Shown piece by piece: positions 38,586 through 46,115 of a stretch of DNA of 64,000 bases. The notes under the pieces were generated by a model that was not told the origin of the DNA, searched no databases, and saw only the letters and a list, made by a program, of their open reading frames with translations. The stretch's first letter is position 1; every line of letters begins with the position of its first letter. The position numbers and the translations under genes were made by a program. The stretch is from the NCBI GenBank assembly GCA_017380635.1, contig JAFODP010000008.1, positions 49,199 to 113,198 of the forward strand, written 5' to 3'. The stretch comes from Bacteroidales bacterium. GTDB lineage: Bacteria > Bacteroidota > Bacteroidia > Bacteroidales > UBA1402.

Positions 38586-39932
38586 TTACATACCGGTATA
38601 AGTATCCGGCTTAATATTGCGTAATTCGGCCTTCACGGCTTCAGATACGTTCAAAGTTTCGATGAAAGCAGCGATTGACTGCTCGGTGATAGCTTCGTTG
38701 GTGCGGGTAAGCGCCTTCAAAGTTTCGTAAGGATTGGGATAAGCTTCGCGACGGAGAATGGTCTGGATACCTTCCGCCACCACTGCCCAGTGATTTTCCA
38801 AGTCGTTCTGCAAAGCTTTTTCGTTGAGCAAGAGCTTGTTCAAACCTTTCAAACTGCTGGTGAAAGCAATCAACGAATGAGCGAAAGGCATACCGATGGT
38901 ACGAAGTACGGTAGAGTCGGTAAGGTCGCGCTGCAAACGAGATACAGGCAATTTAGAAGCCAGATAATCGAGCAATGCGTTGGCTACGCCGATATTACCT
39001 TCCGAGTTTTCAAAATCGATGGGATTTACCTTATGAGGCATGGCCGACGAACCCACTTCGCCCGCTTTGATTTTCTGTTTGAAATATTCCATAGAAATAT
39101 ACATCCAGAAGTCGCGGTTCATATCCTTCACGATAGTGTTGATGCGCTTCATGCCGTCGAAGATAGCGGCCAGATTGTCGTAGTTTGAAATCTGTGTGGT
39201 GTACATTTCGCGCTTCAAGCCCAATTTTTCAGACAAGAACTTAGCACCAAATTCGGGCCAATTTTCGTTGGGATAAGCCACATGATGTGCGTTGAAATTA
39301 CCGGTGGCACCACCAAACTTAGCAGAGAAAGGCAATTGTTTCAGTAAAGCCAACTGTTCGTTCAAACGATAAACGAAGACCTTAATTTCCTTGCCCAAAC
39401 GTGTGGGAGAAGCCGGCTGACCATGCGTCTTTGCCAACATTGCCACATTCGACCAATCGTTGGCATATTTATCCAAACAGTCGATAAGTTCTTGCAAAGC
39501 AGGATAATACACATCTTCCAAAGCTTCCTTGATAGAAAGAGGCACCGAAGTATTGTTGATATCCTGAGAAGTGAGACCAAAGTGAATGAATTCCTTGTAT
39601 TCAGCCAAGCCCAAACGATCGAAAGCTTCCTTGATGAAATATTCCACCGCCTTCACATCGTGATTGGTAGTAGCTTCGATGGTTTTCACGCGTTGCGCAT
39701 CGTCCAAGCTGAAATGACGATAAATATCGCGCAAAGATTCCAATACATCTGCGGGAACCGTTTTTAACTGAGGAAGAGGCATTTCGCACAATGCGATAAA
39801 ATATTCCACCTCTACGCGAACACGATAACGGATAAGGGCGTATTCCGAAAAATAATGGCCAAAGGCTTCGGTTTTACTGCGATATCTTCCATCCACAGGA
39901 GTAATGGCAGTCAAAGAATTCAAATTCATCAT
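38586..39932 (-). CDS. purB: Adenylosuccinate lyase
   Basis: LTAITPVDGRY and the fumarate-lyase signature GSSAMPHKVNPIDFEN. 448 aa. Confidence 0.95.
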   Translation of the reverse strand: MMNLNSLTAITPVDGRYRSKTEAFGHYFSEYALIRYRVRVEVEYFIALCEMPLPQLKTVPADVLESLRDIYRHFSLDDAQRVKTIEATTNHDVKAVEYFIKEAFDRLGLAEYKEFIHFGLTSQDINNTSVPLSIKEALEDVYYPALQELIDCLDKYANDWSNVAMLAKTHGQPASPTRLGKEIKVFVYRLNEQLALLKQLPFSAKFGGATGNFNAHHVAYPNENWPEFGAKFLSEKLGLKREMYTTQISNYDNLAAIFDGMKRINTIVKDMNRDFWMYISMEYFKQKIKAGEVGSSAMPHKVNPIDFENSEGNIGVANALLDYLASKLPVSRLQRDLTDSTVLRTIGMPFAHSLIAFTSSLKGLNKLLLNEKALQNDLENHWAVVAEGIQTILRREAYPNPYETLKALTRTNEAITEQSIAAFIETLNVSEAVKAELRNIKPDTYTGM

Positions 39933-39970
39933 AATAAGCTTATTAATATACCTTGTATAAATAGGGGGTG

Positions 39971-40001
39971 CAAAATTAGTGCAAACCGAGCGGAGAACAA
40001 A
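39971..40001 (-). promoter_or_regulatory. Bacteroidota-type promoter for purB (TTTG-N19-TAATTTTG on minus strand)
   Basis: Plus-strand caaaatta at 39971-39978 and caaa at 39998-40001, with 19-nt spacing, about 40 nt upstream of the purB ATG. Confidence 0.6.
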
Positions 40002-40020
40002 ATAAATTGTATGATATTTT

Positions 40021-40320
40021 CCAGATTCGAGCGAAGATAAAGCGATAGCTTGCTATCGAACTTTATCGAGGCTCAGATGAGACGATAGCTCGCTATCGGA
40101 TTTTATTGAAGCCGATATAAAGTGATAGCTTGCTATCAAACTTTATTGAAGCCGGTATAAAGTGATAGCTTGCTATCAAACTTTATAGAGGCTTTGATAA
40201 AGTCGGGAAGCTTGCTTCCCGCTTTATTGAGCAAAAATAAAATTGAAATACTGCTTCCGGCTTTATCGAAGCGAGAAATAAAACGGATAGTCAGCCTCAT
40301 ACTTTATCGAAGCGAGAAGA
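40021..40320 (+). repeat. Tandem array A: ~40-bp unit x7 with internal hairpin (GATAG-CTTG-CTATC type) and conserved CTTTAT(C/T)GA(A/G)GC block
   Basis: The CTTTAT motif recurs at 40061, 40101, 40141, 40181, 40222, 40261 and 40302. Palindromes: 40043-40058 cgatagcttgctatcg, 40083-40098 cgatagctcgctatcg, 40123-40138 and 40163-40178 tgatagcttgctatca, 40204-40221 cgggaagcttgcttcccg. The last two units are degenerate. Confidence 0.85.
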
Positions 40321-40324
40321 TGGA

Positions 40325-40354
40325 GAAAAACAAAAACGATGGTTTTTGTTTTTC
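40325..40354. other. Perfect 13-bp A/T-rich inverted repeat (GAAAAACAAAAAC-gatg-GTTTTTGTTTTTC), terminator-like on either strand
   Basis: Read directly from the sequence. It lies exactly between repeat arrays A and B. Confidence 0.7.
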
Positions 40355-40370
40355 CGAGGTGCAGCCTAAT

Positions 40371-40560
40371 TCGCGAGTCCCGCAGGGGCGAGAAAATTAG
40401 TGTAAAGCTCGAAAAAAACGCAGTGAGCGAAAAGAGGTTTGCATCGCGAGCCCCGCAGGGGCGAGAAAATTAGTGCAAAGCTCAAAAAGAACGAAGTGAG
40501 CGAAAAGAGGTTTGCATCGCGAGCCCGCAAGGGCGAGAAAATTAGTACAAAGCCCGAAAA
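40371..40560 (+). repeat. Tandem array B: 73-bp unit x3 (third truncated/diverged) with GC hairpin and a 14-nt copy of the purB promoter core
   Basis: Units start at 40371, 40444 and 40517 (tcgcgag...). Units 1 and 2 differ at about 5-6 of 73 positions. Hairpins are GCCCC-gca-GGGGC (unit 2), GUCCC-gca-GGGGC with a U.G pair (unit 1) and GCCC-gcaa-GGGC (unit 3). Each unit carries aaaattagtgcaaa or a one-mismatch variant, identical to 39972-39985. Confidence 0.85.
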
Positions 40561-40644
40561 CACCCCCATCACTGACGAAAAACACAGTGCCAAAGCCAAA
40601 AAAACGCCCAAAACAACATTTTTTCAAAAAAAATCATCAAATAA

Positions 40645-40675
40645 TTTGCAGATATAAAAATAAGCCGTATCTTTG
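40645..40675 (+). promoter_or_regulatory. Bacteroidota-type promoter for tRNA-Val (TTTG-N19-TATCTTTG)
   Basis: TTTG at 40645-40648 and TATCTTTG at 40668-40675, 22 nt upstream of the tRNA 5' end. Confidence 0.65.
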
Positions 40676-40697
40676 CACCGCTTTTCGAAAGAAACAC

Positions 40698-40772
40698 GGG
40701 CGCTTAGCTCAGCTGGTTCAGAGCATCTGCCTTACAAGCAGAGGGTCGGCGGTTCGAATCCGTCAGCGCCCA
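40698..40772 (+). tRNA. tRNA-Val (anticodon UAC)
   Basis: Manual cloverleaf: acceptor GGGCGCU/AGCGCCC, D-arm GCUC...GAGC, anticodon arm UCUGC-CUUACAA-GCAGA, T-arm GGCGG-UUCGAAU-CCGUC, discriminator A. 75 nt, no encoded CCA. Confidence 0.95.
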
Positions 40773-40778
40773 CAACCC

Positions 40779-40820
40779 AAAGCAGTTACAACGATGTTGT
40801 AGCTGCTTTTTCTTTTTATC
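40779..40820 (+). terminator. Rho-independent terminator after tRNA-Val
   Basis: 14-bp stem AAAGCAGTTACAAC-gat-GTTGTAGCTGCTTT (one G.U pair), followed by TTCTTTTTAT. Confidence 0.8.
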
Positions 40821-41013
40821 CTGAAAACCAACGCCAAAACCTCCAAGAATCTGAATTTATCATCTAAAAATCCATCCACACCATTAATACAAATTGGTAC
40901 ACTTTAACATTTCTGAACAATTTTACACCTTTTTAGTTAAAATTATCCCTACATTTGCCACCGAAGAAATTACAATTTAACTAAATTGGCTGATTCTGTT
41001 ATTGAAAGAGAAG

Positions 41014-41589
41014 ATGGAGAAAGCTACACTTTATTACGAGAAAATCAAAAAGGCCGTCGAAAATACCATCGGCCGAAGCATGCATACTACCAAAGATTTC
41101 GACTATCTGGCTATTTGTATACGAGAACGCACCAACTGCAGCATCAGCGCCATGACGCTGAAACGTTTTTGGGGATATTTAGGAAAAAAGAATATGCGTC
41201 AACCGCGTCTGGATACACTCAACATCTTGGCGCAGACCTTAGGCTACACCGATTGGTATAGCTATTGCAGTAGCGATTCACATCACACCAAATCGCAAAG
41301 CGACTTTATACTCAACAACTATCTGAGCAGTTCTTCCCTGGAAGCCGGCGCAGAACTCCGCATCATGTGGCATCCCGATCGCTGCCTGCATGTACGTTAC
41401 GAAGGGAACAACAACTTCACCATCATCGAAAGCATCAACAGTAAGCTTAGCGCGAACGACACCTTCACTTGCAGCTTGATTCTGGAAAACGAACCGCTCT
41501 ATCTCAGCAACCTGATTCACGAAGGCGGAGAGCCTTGTCATTATGTATGCGGCAGAATTGATGGAGTTAAATATCTCATTATCAAATAA
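41014..41589 (+). CDS. Hypothetical protein with putative N-terminal HTH-like domain
   Basis: The track ORF starts at a TTG (41002); the first ATG is 41014. The N-terminal block FDYLAICIRERTNCSISAMTLKRFWGYLG...LDTLNILAQTLGYTDWYSY looks HTH-like. The C-terminal ~100 aa are unassigned. A TACATTTG box lies at 40949-40956. Confidence 0.5.
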   Translation: MEKATLYYEKIKKAVENTIGRSMHTTKDFDYLAICIRERTNCSISAMTLKRFWGYLGKKNMRQPRLDTLNILAQTLGYTDWYSYCSSDSHHTKSQSDFILNNYLSSSSLEAGAELRIMWHPDRCLHVRYEGNNNFTIIESINSKLSANDTFTCSLILENEPLYLSNLIHEGGEPCHYVCGRIDGVKYLIIK

Positions 41590-41613
41590 AATGAGGGGAG
41601 GGGGGATTTTAGC

Positions 41614-42423
41614 ATGGCTACATCCGAATTTCTTAAGGAAACGGAGCCTTTCGAGCAAATCGAGAGTCTTCCCTGCGGAGGCAGCACTTCGCTCTGCTAT
41701 CGCGTGCGCAAGGACGGGAAAGACTACTTCATGAAAAAACTCCGCCCAGAGTTCAGGGATAATCAACGCTATCGCATGCTTTTCCACAAAGAACTCGAAA
41801 TCGGAAAAAACCTTCGCAACAAGTATTTTGCCAACTATCTCTCTTTACACGAGAACAAAGATGATATCTATTTAATTATGGATTTTATCAACGGACAATG
41901 CCTGGAAGAAACACTCAAGGTTAATCCTGGCTATTTTACCCTAGCCCACAACTACGAAAAATTTTTCATTCAGCTACTGAAGGGGCTTCGCATATTGCAC
42001 AGCAAAAACATCGCCTATCTCGACCTGAAGCCGGAAAACATTCTCCTGACGCAAGTCAACAACGACGTAAAAATCATCGATTTAGGATTCTGTTTGGACG
42101 ACACTTACGGTCAAACTGCCGGATACAACAAAGATTTCGCCGCACCCGAACTATTCAACAACAACGGCAAAGATATTGATGCTCGCAGCGACATCTATTC
42201 TTTTGGAAAGTTGATGCTTCATATCAACAAAATCTGTGTCATTAAGCACATTTCATTATTCCGAAAGAAAATTCTGAATAAATGCACACAAGAAAATCCG
42301 GAAGACAGATTCTCCAGCGTTGATGAGATTTTGCGCTACATCAATCGCAGAAAACAAATTTTAGCATTTACCGTTTTCTCGATGATTATCAGCATAGCAG
42401 GATTCTTCTTCGGATTCTATTGA
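41614..42423 (+). CDS. Hanks-type Ser/Thr protein kinase with single C-terminal transmembrane anchor
   Basis: Gly loop LPCGGSTSLCYRV, Lys in DYFMKKL, catalytic loop IAYLDLKPENILL, IIDLGFC (DFG-like) and FAAPELF (APE). C-terminal TM segment ILAFTVFSMIISIAGFFFGFY. Confidence 0.8.
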   Translation: MATSEFLKETEPFEQIESLPCGGSTSLCYRVRKDGKDYFMKKLRPEFRDNQRYRMLFHKELEIGKNLRNKYFANYLSLHENKDDIYLIMDFINGQCLEETLKVNPGYFTLAHNYEKFFIQLLKGLRILHSKNIAYLDLKPENILLTQVNNDVKIIDLGFCLDDTYGQTAGYNKDFAAPELFNNNGKDIDARSDIYSFGKLMLHINKICVIKHISLFRKKILNKCTQENPEDRFSSVDEILRYINRRKQILAFTVFSMIISIAGFFFGFY

Positions 42424-42427
42424 TCTC

Positions 42428-43978
42428 CTAAGAAAAATCGGCCAAAATCGTAGCTCGGTCTTTAGCCAAACGCGCTTGCAGTTCGTCCAAAGAAGCAAAA
42501 GGACGCTCTTCGCGCAAATAGTGCAGAAACTCGATACGGATATTCTGATGGTAGATATCTTGTTCGAAATCAAAGATATGCACCTCGATACTGGCTTCGC
42601 CGCCATCGCACAAAGTGGGACGCGTACCGATGTTGAGCATTCCCAGATAATTTTGTTCGCCGACAAACACTCGCACCGCATACACACCACGAGCCGGAAT
42701 CAGTTTGTTTTCGTCTTCCACACGAATATTGGCCGTCGGGAACCCCATTTTCTTACCATTGCCATAACCTTGACAAACTTTTCCTTGCAAGAAATAAGCA
42801 TAGCCCAAAGCCGCATTGGCCGCCTCGATATCGTGCGCTTGCAAAGCAACGCGAACAAAGGACGAACTGATCAGTTCCTGGCCTTGATAATAAGGTTCAG
42901 CACGCAACACTTCAATACCCAATTCTTGTCCATATCGCTGATAATCTTCAAATTGCAATTGTCGTCCATCTTTTCCGAAATGATGATCGTGGCCCATCAG
43001 CAAACAACGCACATGATAGGTATCGCGCAAGATTTTTTCCATAAAATCGCGGGCCGACATGACAGACATTTCTGCGGTAAAAGGCAAGATTTCTACTTTA
43101 TCGGCCGCCGTCTGACGCAAAGCTTGCTTCTTTTCTGCCTGGGTTGACAAAAGCTGCGGACAATAATCGGCTTGCAAAACCTTGCGAGGATGCGGCCAGA
43201 AAGCCAGCAGCAGCGAGGGCATACGTTTCTTGTCGGCCAAGTCTTGCAACTTGTTTATCAGGAATTTGTGTCCTTGGTGAACACCATCGAAAAAGCCCAT
43301 GGTAGCCACGCATGCCTGGAAAGGCGGCGCCTGAAAATCTTCACTCATGATGTAAGCCGTTTCTTCGGGAAAGAGATCTTCGCAAAAATCTTCCGAAGTG
43401 CCCGGACAATAGGTTTTCCAACCCAAACTGGCAGCCGCAGCGCAATTCTTGGGACTATCATCCACCAAAAGCGTTTCTTCGGGCAAAACGCCGGCATCAT
43501 CGGTTACATGACGAAAAATTTCCAAACTGGGCTTAGAATGACGAATCTGGAACGAATAATAGGGCTTTTCTACGCATTCCTTATAGGGAAATCCCGCCTG
43601 ATCGAAAAGGCTAAAACTCTTGATATGAATAGGATTGGTATTGCTCAGAATAAAAATGCGGTATTTCTTCAACAAGGCATACACCAATTTCAATTTCTTG
43701 TAGGGAATATTTTCCAAAAACTTGGCCCATGCATTTTCCACGTCGATATCTTCGCAATCGAGATGAAATTGTTCGCGTACGCCGCGACAGAAAGTAGGCA
43801 GATCGACATCGCCGTTTTCGAATGCGCCGAAAATACCCACATGCCCGTATGCCGTCAGGTAATCTTCGATATTAGGAACGCCCAATCGCGTCAATTCGTC
43901 CATACATGCCTGCTGATTGAGATTCACCAACACGCCGCCAAAATCGAAAACAATGTTCTTGATGCCGCTTAAATCCAT
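42428..43978 (-). CDS. ribF: Fusion protein: N-terminal HAD-superfamily phosphatase + bifunctional FAD synthetase/riboflavin kinase (RibF)
   Basis: HAD motif I NIVFDFGGVL and motif IV LLVDDSPKN. Then the FMN adenylyltransferase block ATMGFFDGVHQGHKFLI and the riboflavin kinase block GKKMGFPTANI...ASIEVHIFDF in one uninterrupted frame. Start at ATG 43978. Confidence 0.8.
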   Translation of the reverse strand: MDLSGIKNIVFDFGGVLVNLNQQACMDELTRLGVPNIEDYLTAYGHVGIFGAFENGDVDLPTFCRGVREQFHLDCEDIDVENAWAKFLENIPYKKLKLVYALLKKYRIFILSNTNPIHIKSFSLFDQAGFPYKECVEKPYYSFQIRHSKPSLEIFRHVTDDAGVLPEETLLVDDSPKNCAAAASLGWKTYCPGTSEDFCEDLFPEETAYIMSEDFQAPPFQACVATMGFFDGVHQGHKFLINKLQDLADKKRMPSLLLAFWPHPRKVLQADYCPQLLSTQAEKKQALRQTAADKVEILPFTAEMSVMSARDFMEKILRDTYHVRCLLMGHDHHFGKDGRQLQFEDYQRYGQELGIEVLRAEPYYQGQELISSSFVRVALQAHDIEAANAALGYAYFLQGKVCQGYGNGKKMGFPTANIRVEDENKLIPARGVYAVRVFVGEQNYLGMLNIGTRPTLCDGGEASIEVHIFDFEQDIYHQNIRIEFLHYLREERPFASLDELQARLAKDRATILADFS

Positions 43979-44055
43979 TGCCGTAAGCTTAAATTCTACT
44001 ACCGAAAGCCTTAATAATAAGAAAAGCACTCCAGAAAGACTCCGAGTGCTTGGGG

Positions 44056-44130
44056 TGGGCCCAACAGGGCTTGAACCTGTGACCCCCTGATTATGAGTCA
44101 GGTGCTACTAACCAACTGAGCTATAGGCCC
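44056..44130 (-). tRNA. tRNA with CAU anticodon (Met, or Ile2 if lysidine-modified)
   Basis: Minus strand GGGCCUAUAGCUCAGUUGGUUAGUAGCACCUGACUCAUAAUCAGGGGGUCACAGGUUCAAGCCCUGUUGGGCCCA. Anticodon loop CUCAUAA. The acceptor and D-arm resemble tRNA-Ile. One C.U mismatch in the D-stem. Confidence 0.85.
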
Positions 44131-44249
44131 GATGTCACTTTATTCGGTGAAATCGAGGGCAAAAGTAGTACAATTTTTCGCGAAATGCAATATCTTTACA
44201 GCCAATTTTAGCAGGTGCTGGGAAATGCACTGCAGCCAATCGACGAAAC

Positions 44250-46115
44250 ATGAAACATCAGCAAATTCCCTATATCGGCATCAGTGGAAACTTCAACGAG
44301 GAGCAAGGTCAGCATTTGCTGGCCAAGACCTATGTGAACGCCATTCTGAAAGCCGGTGCTTGCCCGGTCATTCTGCCGGCATTTCCTGCCGCCAACACCG
44401 ACCCAACTTTTTCGCAAGCCCTCATCGATAAGATATTGGCTCCGCTTGACGCCATCGTTTTCAGCGGTGGCGGCGATTTTACGCCGGAACTCATCGGAGA
44501 AGAACGCATCGAAGCTTTGGGCAGCCTCAATCCTTTGCGCGACGAATTTGAATTTCCATTGATACGCAGGGCCTTAGATCTGCAAATGCCTATTTTGGGA
44601 ATATGTCGTGGCGAGCAATTGCTCAATTTGGCTTTGGGTGGAAAAATTTACCAAGACTTGCCCAGTGAATACAAAGCCGATGCAGAAAGCTTGTTGCAAC
44701 ATAGCCAAAGCCAGGCGCGCGAAGAGTGCTCACACAGCGTAGAATTGGCCGAAGACAGTTTGTTATTTTCGATATTCGACTCTTATCTTTCGAAACATCA
44801 GCAGACAGGCCTCGAAAATTTCGCCAAGAATAAAAATCTGAGAGTGAACAGTTTTCATCATCAGGCGGTGAAGAGCGTCGGCAAAGGATTGCGCAGCGTG
44901 GCCTGGAGCAAAGATGGCGTCATCGAAGCCGTAGAATCGACAGAGGGCAAAGCTATCATCGGTGTTCAATGGCATCCCGAATGTTTGGTAGACAGCCAAT
45001 TAGAGATGCGAGCGTTGTTTGAATGGTTGCGCAACGAAGCCTTGCTCTATCGCAACACGCGCGAAGTTATGAAGCGTTCCATCAGCATAGACTTGCATTG
45101 CGACGCTCCGATGTTCTTCGAAGGAAACTACGATTTACTGCGCGGTGGCAACATCGAAAGAGGCAAGATTGATTTTGACGCGCAAGGCGAAGAGGCTTTG
45201 GAACTGGTTGATAATCGGGTGGATTTGCAGAAAATGCAAGACGGCGGCCTGGATGCCGTTGTCATGGCGGCTTACATCAAGCAACTGGGAAGAGACGAAG
45301 CCGGCTTGCAAGCGGCCACAGAAAAAGCCCGTAGACTGCTCCACGAAACGATTGCCCGCACACAAGCTTTGTCCGACGATTGCGAGCTTGTGTGCGACGA
45401 GGGCGGGCTGCGAGCCTGCAAGGCGAGCGGCCGCCGAGCTGTTCTTTTGGGCATCGAGAATGCTTACGCCTTGGGAAAAGATGCCAGTCTGGTGGACGAA
45501 TTCGCCAAGTTGGGCCTTTGCTACATCACCCTTTGTCACAATGGCCACAACGACGTCTGCGATTCTGCTTCACAGGCCAACGAACCCGAACATAACGGCA
45601 TCGGAGCTTACGGACAAGAAATTGTTGAACGCATGAACCGCGCCGGCATCATCGTCGATTTGTCCCACGCGAGCGAAAAGTCCTTCTACGATGCCTTGCA
45701 ATATTCACAAACACCCATTATCTGTTCGCATTCTTCGGTATGGCAGCTTTGCCAACATCGTCGCAATCTGAAAGACGAGCAAATCAAGGCTTTAGCTGCA
45801 AAAGGCGGTGTGATGGGCATTTGTCTCTACGGAGGCTTTTTGGCCAAAGGTCGCGAGGCTAACATCAAGGACGCCGTGGCGCATATCAATTATGTACGAA
45901 ATTTAGTGGGCATCGATTACCTTGCCATCGGTAGCGATTTCGATGGTGGCGGCGGCATTGTCGGATGCAATCACAGCGCTGAAATTTTCAACTTGGTACG
46001 CGAATTGCTGCGCGAAGGTTACAGCCAGGAAGACTTGGATAAACTATTGGGAGGCAACTTCCTAAGAGTGTGGAACAAAGTAAAATCATACGCCAAATCC
46101 TATCAACATGAATAA
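44250..46115 (+). CDS. Fusion protein: N-terminal peptidase C26 / class-I glutamine amidotransferase-like gamma-glutamyl hydrolase (PuuD-like) + C-terminal M19 membrane dipeptidase
   Basis: N-terminus: PILGICRGEQLLNLALGG, NSFHHQAV and IGVQWHPE. C-terminus: SIDLHCDAPMFF, LCHNGHNDVCDSA, IVDLSHASEKSF, ICSHSS and AIGSDFDGGGG. Confidence 0.75.
   Translation: MKHQQIPYIGISGNFNEEQGQHLLAKTYVNAILKAGACPVILPAFPAANTDPTFSQALIDKILAPLDAIVFSGGGDFTPELIGEERIEALGSLNPLRDEFEFPLIRRALDLQMPILGICRGEQLLNLALGGKIYQDLPSEYKADAESLLQHSQSQAREECSHSVELAEDSLLFSIFDSYLSKHQQTGLENFAKNKNLRVNSFHHQAVKSVGKGLRSVAWSKDGVIEAVESTEGKAIIGVQWHPECLVDSQLEMRALFEWLRNEALLYRNTREVMKRSISIDLHCDAPMFFEGNYDLLRGGNIERGKIDFDAQGEEALELVDNRVDLQKMQDGGLDAVVMAAYIKQLGRDEAGLQAATEKARRLLHETIARTQALSDDCELVCDEGGLRACKASGRRAVLLGIENAYALGKDASLVDEFAKLGLCYITLCHNGHNDVCDSASQANEPEHNGIGAYGQEIVERMNRAGIIVDLSHASEKSFYDALQYSQTPIICSHSSVWQLCQHRRNLKDEQIKALAAKGGVMGICLYGGFLAKGREANIKDAVAHINYVRNLVGIDYLAIGSDFDGGGGIVGCNHSAEIFNLVRELLREGYSQEDLDKLLGGNFLRVWNKVKSYAKSYQHE

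Noticed and set aside
40021-40560. Possible CRISPR array in the purB/tRNA-Val gap.
   Set aside because: The whole unit is reiterated, so there are no unique spacers between repeats. Two different unit lengths (about 40 and 73 bp) are present. No cas genes occur anywhere in the window.
39933-40697. Replication origin or iteron cluster.
   Set aside because: No DnaA-box-like TTATNCACA motifs are visible; the recurring TTATCGAAG/TTATTGAAG blocks do not fit. No dnaA or dnaN is nearby. Compensatory arm changes in the palindromes argue against a fixed protein-binding iteron.
40170-40802. Small ORFs across the repeat region (40170-40400 +, 40366-40611 -, 40397-40627 -, 40439-40657 +, 40512-40802 +).
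   Set aside because: The translations are repetitive Lys/Glu/Arg/Phe low-complexity strings generated by the DNA repeats. They overlap one another on both strands, and the last one reads straight through the tRNA-Val gene. No start context or homology supports coding.
40698-42427. Integrated mobile element at tRNA-Val.
   Set aside because: No integrase, transposase or excisionase is present, and I could not find a direct repeat of the tRNA 3' end near 42424. Only the compositional shift and the tRNA adjacency remain, so it is reported as a possible islet, not a mobile element.
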